DNA from: Macrostomum hystrix
Lineage: Eukaryota; Animalia; Platyhelminthes
DNA length: 64,000 nucleotides
Reading direction: 5' to 3'
Assembly (NCBI GenBank): GCA_950097015.1
Contig: CATNEN010000011.1
Location: forward strand, 3,410,001-3,474,000
A program made the position numbers and the translations under genes. Positions within the stretch are counted from its first letter, which is position 1; each line of letters begins with the position of its first letter. The notes under the pieces are model-generated. The model was not told the DNA's origin. It saw only the letters and a program-made list of their open reading frames with translations, and searched no databases. This document shows positions 56,301 to 64,000 of the stretch, piece after piece.

Positions 56301-59300
56301 GCAACAAATGCCCGAAGGTTGGACGAACTAAGATTACAAAGCAGGTTGCCTGCTCTGTATCCGAGGGTATTAAGATCTTCACAACAATCAAGAAGGTTTT
56401 CGTGCACAACGGCAACTTGTTTAATCGATGGGACATCCTTGTGCCCAAGTACAAGTGCGTCCGAGAAGTTCAGCACAAGAAGCACAGAATCGTGTGCTCA
56501 AAGGGATCGGTTGTGACTAAAGAGAAGTGCGTCGGCGCTCTTCGCAAGCTGACGGTGAAGCGCCAAGTTCGAGTTGGATGTCGGTGCCGAGTCAAGTTCA
56601 CCACAGTGCCTGGTGGCCGATGCCGTAAGCTAATAAAATATTTACTTCGGAATCTGTCTTAACTGTTCTAAAGCTAAATAACTAGACACTTTATTTCTAT
56701 TCCAGAGTGCAAGGGAAAACACCCCAGACCACCGAAGATCTGGAAGTCCGACAACTGTTCCAAGGCGCCATACATGAGACGAGTGACAATCTACAGCTAC
56801 AAGCTAGACAAATCGGATCCAAGAAACTGGAAGTGCAAGGTTACTTCCAAGACCATTAAGCAGCGCTGCGGATGCCCACGCACTGTGAAAAACTCGGCTT
56901 ACTGCAACGGAAAAGGCAAAATCATCCACAAGAAGGCCTGGAAGGAGTTCCTGCCTCACCTTCGATCGTGCGTGTGGAAGAACGTCATTTCCAAGAAGGC
57001 CGCCACTTGCCCGGAGGCACAGCTGGCGCAAAACAATCTTCCGCCAAGAAGAACTGCCTGCAAATCATCCTCTAACTTTATGGTGACGTACGTGAAGAGA
57101 TGGTACGAGGTTGACCCCCGCGACTGTAATTGCAAGCTGAAGACAAAACGCTGGCGTTGCCCTTGTCGTAAGTAAAAATTTTCGGGATAGTTTCTATTTA
57201 AAAGCACAGTCGCATGAACCATATGACAATGTGCTATATTTGGAACTTTTCAGGATGCGCTCATAAGAATCGAATCGTCGAAAAGCGCTGCATTAACGGA
57301 CACATCATTGCATACACCGCAGTGAACTACGTAAAGAAGGGATGCAAGTGCCACAAGAAGAAGCAGGGAAGAATGAAGTACGTTACATGCAGACACAGAC
57401 GAGAAGACGACTACGATAGAATTGTAGTAGGCAAGTGCAAGAGGAAGGGACCTTCTAGAAATGCTGGCTACGTTAGGGTCGTGTACGAGAAGGAATACCC
57501 GAGACGATGCAAGTGCAAAGTCGATCGCCGAAAGCGTTGGGAGCCTTGCGACTGCTCTCTGATTCCGCAGTACAAGCCTAGGACCAGGCTAGTGTGCCAT
57601 AAGTCGGGCGGATTCTTCAACAGGGTGACCACTTATTATGTGGTTCAGATCGCCAAGAAGGAAGGTGCTTTCTGTGAGAAGCGTCGCCGAGTGGTGATTG
57701 TCCGTATCAATAAGTGCTTCGACAGGCGCGGCCGGCCTCTGCGGCGCACTGTGTCATCTGGTTTCGATAAGTGCAGCCGGAAGAAGACCGGATGCGCCTA
57801 TAGCCTACTCGTCCAGCAGTCGCACGTCAAAAAGTGCTCCTGCAAATGGAGAACTATTGCTGTTCTCGGCAAAAAGTGCTGCTGCGACCGACCATCCGTG
57901 CGGCACTCTTGCCTGCGCAATGACACCAAAGTAAAGGTAACAACTTACTATATCCTGGACGGATCCGGACACTGCATCAAGAAAAAGAAGAAGCAACAGC
58001 TCAGGCTGGTCAAGAAGAAGGCCTGCAAATACTCTAACGGCTTTCTTGCTCGCTGCCACGGTGGCAGAAAGCAGGCAATTTACAGGAAATACAACCCAGC
58101 CAAGTTCTACTTCAAGAACTGCGAATGCATTAAAGTCTATAGAGACATTCGCGTACCATGCCGCTGCGTGCCCAAGAGAACAGTTAAGAAGGTGCGCTGC
58201 GACGCTAAGCGAAAAAGGTGGGTGCACGAAGTTGTGATTCGATCACTTCGTGGCAAGAATGAGCGAACTCGCTGTGTGGCCAAATCGAAGTTTACCTACA
58301 CAAAGACCTGCGTCAAGAAGCCGCCACACGTCACGTTGGGCCGCTGCAACAAGTCAAAGGTCCGGCTAAGAACAACGCACTACGAGGTTAAGGTTAACTG
58401 CCTCTGCGTCAGAAAAAAGAAACTGCAAACCATACCTTGCACTTGCCCGAAGAAGAGCTGGTGGGTGTCGCTTGAGTCAAAATGCAGGCTGTTCAAGAAT
58501 GGGTTCAGTTACTATCCGAAGATTCTCATGGGTTACAAGTACGTCGAGAAAACCAACCGCTGTGTGAGTACTGAGTTGAAGCGAATGCACGTCATCTGTG
58601 GCTGTCCCAAGCCTAGAAAGTACAAGCAGTGCATTAGAAATGAATGGAGAATCACTGAAATTAGGTACCAAATCAACAGATCTGCAAATACCTGTCTGGA
58701 AAAGAGACGGCGTACTAGGAAGCCAATGACTGAATGCGCCACAAAGGTTAGAGAAGAATCAACCTCATACGTTGATACAAACACTGGCTACAAGACGATC
58801 ATCTACGATGTGGTGGAGAACCGCGGATGCAAATGTGTCAGGTACAAGGAGAAAGAGACAATTGAATGGCTATGCGAGGTGATCATGAAGTCTAAGATTG
58901 TTGAGAAACAGTCCTGCACAAGAGGAGTCATTATCCAGAGGCGAGCGGGAAATCCTTACTTCAATCAGCAAAATACTTGCACCGTGGACTACTCAGACAT
59001 CAGGATTGACGTTACTGGATACTGTCCGAATGCTGGAAAAGTGCGCCGAAAGGTGATCGGAGAATGCAGCTCTAAAACTGGTCGACAGAAGGTGCAGTAC
59101 TCCAGCTGGAAGCCGAACCTCAAAAAGTGCCAGTGCGAAAGAATTATTAAGATTGAGCATGAGATTTGTGACTGCGAGCCAATCCACAACCGCTACGTCA
59201 AGCGAGGTTGCCGAAACCACAAAACCAAGTTTGTGGACACGTACTTCTGGACCCTTGTCAACGGAGTCTGTGTCAGAGGCCGTCAGAGAGAGGAGAAAGA

Positions 59301-62300
59301 CGTCACTTGCCGAGTCGGCCGATTCAAGAAGGAGTCTCAGTGCAATCCTCTGAGCAGGAAGAAGGAAATTACTATAATTCAGCGTCGTCTAAGAAACTGC
59401 TCTTGTAAGGCTAGCGTGAAAAAGTACAAGTGCATGTGCAAGTGCAAAAAGAATGTGCTGTTAAGAATGTGTGACACCAAGTCTGGCTACACAATCATTA
59501 CCAAGATCCGATACGATCTGAAGCAGTGCGCATGCAAGAAGAGAACGACAACAATTAGGCTGAAGCCACCGCCTCCATGCGGCAAGAAGACTCTGAAGAA
59601 GAGCAACTGCCGCAGAAGCCTATCAAGCGGCAGCTCTGTGTCCGGCTATCAGAAGGTCACTGAGTGCAAGGCCAAGAGGCGAGGCTGCAGATGCCGACTC
59701 CACTGTCGCAGCCGAAAGAAGCTGTGCTGTACGTTCAATTCGGGAGCATTATCTAGTTGTGTGGTATATATTTAAACTTTGTAAATTTAATTTGACTTCG
59801 TTTTTTTCAGATTGCTCACCGGACGTCAAGGTCAAAAGAGTGTGCATCGGACACACGAAGGTCCGTGTCAGCACTTACAAGTACAGCGCCAACTATCGGC
59901 AAAATCGATGCGAATGGAAAAAAGTGATCTCGGTGGAGATCAACAAGGACTGCTACGCCATGGTAGACATTCCAGACACCAAGCAGTGCAACAAGAAGAA
60001 CGGCATCCTGATTATCAAGCACTGGCGTTACCAACCCATCAACTGCAAGTGCAAGAAGAGAGTCTACAAAGTCACTAGGGGTCGATGCAGTAAGTAGGCC
60101 GTTTTTATGGAATTCCCTTACCTGAAGCTATTTAGGTGATTGCAAAAATAATCTTTACTCGTAAACCTTTATGTTTCACGTGGAATCAAGTTTCGCATTT
60201 GTATGAAACCCTTACGACGATATTACAGAATGCAAGAGCGTCTGGCGCAAGGTTTCTGAGGGCCAGTGCGACACAACAGACTCGTGCACTAAGCCTGTAG
60301 TTTACGAGCGCGAGGTCCTGCACGGAATCCGATGCATTAAAAATAGGAAGACTGAGCACGTGACATGCTCGTGCGAGTGCAAGCCGAATATTCCTGCTTC
60401 GAGAAAGTGCGAACGATCGACTGGCACATGGGTCACATCTCACGTGACATGGAAGCTCCGCTGCAGCCAGACTACCAACTCCTGCAAATGCGAGCGAAGT
60501 GTGTCGAAGAAACGCCAGAAGCCGAAGTGCAACGGTAAGCAGGAGCTTCCCTACTGCAACAAGCGTACAAGGCGAGTCCGAGTTGAGTACAGAGAAGAGC
60601 GACTCAGCCGTTCGAAGTGCAGGTGCTACTGGACTGTTGTAAGGACCAAGCACGGCTTCTGTCACTGTCGCAGACCTGAAGTTAGGAGAAGGTGCGAGGC
60701 GCACAAGTATCGCATTAGGATCACTACTATCACTGAGACTTTAGATGAGAAGCATTGGACATGCATCAGGAGCCGCAAGTCCACTCACGAGCCAGTCAGG
60801 CCGTCGTGCAAGCCGAGCAAGTCTGTCAAGTACATTGGCTGCAACGCTTGGAAGGATAGACAAGAGTGGAAGATTGTGACTCTTCGCAGGCTGCATCCTA
60901 CATCATGCAGGTGCAAACCGGTTGTGCTCAAGTATCCGCAGGTTTGCATCTGTCAGGATTTGCCAGAGAGGCACCGCTATTCTGTTCATTGTCGACGCAA
61001 GGAGGGCAAGATTATCAGAATTCGTCGCAGCCGAGTTCTTCAACGAGGCAAGAACGGCAAGAAGGCGTGCAACATTGTGATTAAGACAACTGTGCAGCCA
61101 GTTAGCTGTGGTGACGGTACCTGGCACTACATTGGCAGCCCAGTATGTAAAATCCTAGCCAAGAACGGATGCAACAGCTACAGAAAGTACAAAAGGATTG
61201 TGCGCAAGGGCTGCACATGCCAGGCCGAGTACAAACGCAAACCGTGCAAGTGCTGTAAGTGGCGAGCCACGTTTTCTGCTTTATTGGCAATTGCGTAATA
61301 ACAAAAACTTTAGTTGCACTGTTCACTTTAATATTTCAGGCTGCCCCAAGGCAAGGAAGTTGCGAATCTGCAGTGTTGATGGACAGCGTTACTTGTTCAC
61401 AAAGTACATGTACGAGAAGCGTGGCTGCAAGTGCGTCAGAAGTACTAGACGCTGGTCTGTGCCAGTTGGTAAGCATCGAAGCAATACAAAAGTTTTTGAC
61501 GCATTAAAAAATAAAGTTGAAGCTATTTCTAATAATATTAAATCTAATTAACTGCTAACCTGCCAACAGAATGCTCACAATCGGTAAGCAAGCAGAAGAA
61601 GTGTCTATCTAACGGCCGCGAGAAAATTGTCACCACAGTGTACCGCCCAGTCAACTGTGGCTGCAAGAAGTTTAACCGAATTTCGTGGTGCAGGTGCAGT
61701 AAGTACCCTAATGAAAGTTGTTCTGCTCTTTTAGATTACAATATTTCATGTCTTCGAGCTAAAAAACTTAATAAACAAAATTTAAAACACTTAATAAAAT
61801 TTTTAGGATGCCCGAAGCCTGTTAGAGAGAGCCGCTGTGACGCTGAGAAACGCCAGAAGGTGACAACCTTTTTGCGATTCCGACTAAAGGGTTGCAAATG
61901 CCAGTTCAAGCAAGATATCAGGCGCCGCAAAGTCCGTAAGTTTCGGAAACTTTAACTAGCTCGTAATAGTCAGCAATGGCCGGCTTAGAACAAATAGATT
62001 ATTGGATACTATATTCGGATGGGATTTCAGACTGCAAGAAGACTGGTCGCAAGACGTACAAAAAGATTGGAAAGTGCAACATGACAACCAGGATGCAGCT
62101 GTACGAGTACGAGCAATCAGCATTCGATGAGGTCAACTGCAGCTGCTCGAAGAAGAAGATGAGAATCTACAAGCCGTGCAGTAAGGAATTAACTATTTTT
62201 AGCAGAACTTTGTTTAATATGATAAAAAATCTTATGATATTAATTTTTTTTCGAAATATTTACATTTTTCAGAGTGTAAGGGAAGCAGCAGAACTGTCCT

Positions 62301-64000
62301 AAGCCAGTGCAACAGGGCGTGCTTCAAGACTGTCAAATACACATGGTACCGCATTAGAGGAACCACTTGCCAGCGCAGGTCGAGAAATTTCAAGCAAGTT
62401 TGCTGCTGCCTTGGCAAACCCTACAGCATCAGGACTTGCGATCCAAAGAAGGGCGTGCAAATCACAGTCGACAAGTGGCAGAAGCTGGAGTACGATGAGA
62501 ACTACGAGCCCGAGTGCAGGGAGAAGGAGAAGGAGCGAAGAACCCCCGTTTTGGGTTGCGACACCAACAAGGTTACATTTAAGGACTCGAAATGCGTTGG
62601 CAGAAAGTACACCCGATCTTACTACATGAAGGTGATTGTACCAAAGAAGAACAAGAGAGGCACTGTTTGCCAGTGTGTAAAGAGAAGGGTTCGAAAAGAA
62701 ACTCGATACTGCAAGTGCCCGCGTACTCACATCAGCAAGACAAAGTGCAGAAGCGACAACGTTCTGGTGTCCACCAAGACCATGTACATTTTGGAGGACG
62801 GCCATTGTCATAGGTACAGAAGCCGAACAGAGAAGGTTCTGAAGTGTGCCAAGTCACTAAAGAGAAAGTTCAAGTGGAGCAGATGCGACCGACGCACTTG
62901 CAAGCAGAAGAAGTACGGAACTCTCTGCTCGTACAAAAACTGCAGAATCGACATTCGAGTTGATTATCGCAACCCGAAGGTGTACGAATGCTGTTGTCCG
63001 AGCTCCAAGGTTCAGATTAAGTTCCTTGAATGCCAAAACAAGCAACGCCGACGCGTGTTCAGAAAGTTCTGGCAGATTTTCTATCCAAAGCGCATGGTGT
63101 GCAAGTCGTTCGCCGAGAACATGTACAAACCGGTTCTCTGCGGTGGCTGGAAGGCGCGAAAGACTTTCTCTGGGGCTTGCCGCATCAAGGGTGCCGATAA
63201 GCACTTTTATCAGAGACTGCGCATCCGCTATAACGAGTACGAGGAGGGCTGCACATGCCGAGCGAAGACGCTGACTCCGCTGCGACTCTGCAAATGCCGA
63301 CGCAACCACACGGTGAAGGTGTGCAGGCGGGATGGTGTGCTGCAGTACAGGACAATGAGCTACCGACTGGTGGTTAAAAACGGCACGCGTCGCTGCAAGC
63401 CATACATTGCCAAGCACTGGGAGTATAAGCCTCCATGTGTGCCGGCTAGGCAAGCAAAGTGGAGTAAGCGTGTTAGTAAGTGTATCGATGGCATCAAGGT
63501 TATCACTGACTATCGCAGAGTGCGCGTCGGTTGCAAGTGCAAGAAGCAGGAGAAGGTCACTTCCGTTATCTGCGCCTGCTCTAAGACAGTCACGGAGAGG
63601 AAACGCTGCCGCCGTGGTCGATGGGAGATCACAAAATACGGAAAGAAACTGTCCTGCCGCAGCGAAAGATTCTGCTCATGCGTTCCATTCAAGAGAGTGA
63701 CGCACAAACTCCCAGCTTGTCCGAAGGGAGTAGTCAGGAAGGGCCCCTGCGTGCGCGGCTTCCAGAAGGTTGAGGCTAGGCTGTACGCCATCAAGGAATG
63801 CCACTGCACACCGCGGGAGTTCAAGAGGCATAGGCGCTGTCCGGATAAGTGCCCGAATCTGATCTCGACGCGAACATGCGTCAAGCTGATGAAGGAGGGT
63901 CTTTGTGAGCATCCGCAGCGCAAGGGCACTGTCGGCCAGATCTGCGCCCGCACTTGCGGAAAATGCTTCAAGTGCGAGTCGCCACATACGATCAAGTATC
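41203..64000 (+). CDS. Giant secreted Cys/Lys/Arg-rich multidomain protein (SP-vWA-vWA-VWD-C8-TIL-ShKT-TSP1-like repeats-ShKT), 3' incomplete
   Basis: 34 phase-consistent exons: 41203-41302, 41792-42363, 42561-42654, 42744-42815, 43281-43855, 44847-44940, 45035-45085, 45191-45628, 45716-45913, 46011-46479, 46563-46963, 47126-47314, 47440-47565, 47652-47991, 48091-48572, 49249-49806, 49898-50635, 50736-50870, 50961-52943, 53035-53298, 53391-53525, 53613-54314, 54399-55242, 55327-55951, 56042-56624, 56706-57167, 57254-59728, 59811-60089, 60229-61254, 61340-61468, 61570-61698, 61807-61935, 62031-62180, 62273-64000+. The total is 17,275 nt and the frame is still open at the window end. Confidence 0.9.
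41792..42654 (+). other. vWA domain 1 (hemicentin/vWA7 type)
   Basis: FVIDTTGSM (MIDAS DxT/SxS), GGDCPE and LFTDASAKD are present. Confidence 0.88.
42841..43175 (-). mobile_element. tRNA-derived SINE-like insertion in an intron
   Basis: The minus strand has an A-box-like TGGTTAGTGG, a B-box-like GAGCTCGATTCC, an unrelated body and an (ATT)n-like tail. No TSD was seen. Confidence 0.5.
43281..44940 (+). other. vWA domain 2 (paralogue of domain 1)
   Basis: FVVDITNSM, GGKDCPE and LFTDASAKD are present, with the same exon layout (575+94 nt vs 572+94 nt). Confidence 0.88.
46011..47314 (+). other. VWD-C8-TIL module (mucin/vWF D-assembly type)
   Basis: VWD: CFAIGDPHYKTFD...RVRGLCGNCDGD. C8: WCGII...GPFSQC...YFRSCVIDL...WRKHTDC. 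TIL: CPPNS...CPATC...EGCECKNGYVLDGQRCV...C. Confidence 0.92.
47440..47565 (+). other. ShKT domain (own phase 1-1 exon), followed by a degenerate ShKT-like unit at 47652-47770
   Basis: CNDAATEGQCARWKRQGHCSSMFETSGMLMACRKTCGFC has the canonical six-Cys spacing ending C-x3-C-x2-C. Confidence 0.88.
48586..48920 (-). mobile_element. tRNA-derived SINE-like insertion in an intron
   Basis: Features are an A box (TCGCCTAGTGG), a B box (GATTCGATTCC), a central GTGTCCTTTAGCATGACACTT...CACCCAGCTGT motif like conserved SINE core domains, and an (ATT)n tail. A related core fragment (gtgtccctgagcaagacgctt) is on the + strand near 49097. Confidence 0.65.
63850..63966 (+). other. ShKT domain near the window end
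   Basis: CPNLISTRTCVKLMKEGLCEHPQRKGTVGQICARTCGKC has six Cys ending C-x3-C-x2-C. It lies in the open frame missed by the ORF track. Confidence 0.8.

Noticed and set aside
49302-63995. Numerous minus-strand and alternate-frame ORFs over the giant gene, the Gypsy ORF and the LINE
   Set aside because: These are shadow ORFs of GC-rich coding sequence with no independent motifs.
41203-64000. Naming the giant gene as a known adhesive protein (Mlig-ap1/ap2), a mucin, hemicentin or SCO-spondin
   Set aside because: It shares only some domains. There is no PTS region, Ig array or LDLa domain, and identity cannot be verified without a search.

Overview
This is eukaryotic (invertebrate) genomic DNA with GT-AG introns, GC-rich exons and AT-rich, minisatellite-filled introns. 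The style is compatible with a free-living flatworm such as Macrostomum lignano, but that is inference only. Plus-strand spliced genes assembled by hand are TBC1D25-like (1460-7056, 5' end not found), FAM78-like (14390-17725), MFSD2-like transporter (32124-38050), and a giant secreted protein from 41203 that runs off the window end. The giant gene has 34 exons and about 5,758 codons so far. Its architecture is signal peptide, 2x hemicentin-type vWA, Cys/Lys/Arg-rich modules, VWD-C8-TIL, ShKT and ShKT-like domains, roughly 100 (estimated from length) cationic Cys-rich TSP1-like modules of about 43 aa, and another ShKT. An intact Ty3/Gypsy LTR element with identical 174-bp LTRs (8870-13534) sits inside a 34-bp minisatellite. 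A decayed RNase H-bearing non-LTR element (21614-26484) lies at the edge of a 3.5-kb 15-bp minisatellite. Two tRNA-derived SINE-like insertions and more than 15 tandem arrays are also present. A tentative minus-strand gene with cNMP-binding-like motifs may span the LINE and its array. The strongest candidate for an undescribed system is the giant cationic mucin/vWA/ShKT/TSP1-like protein, a possible glue, cement or defence secretion.
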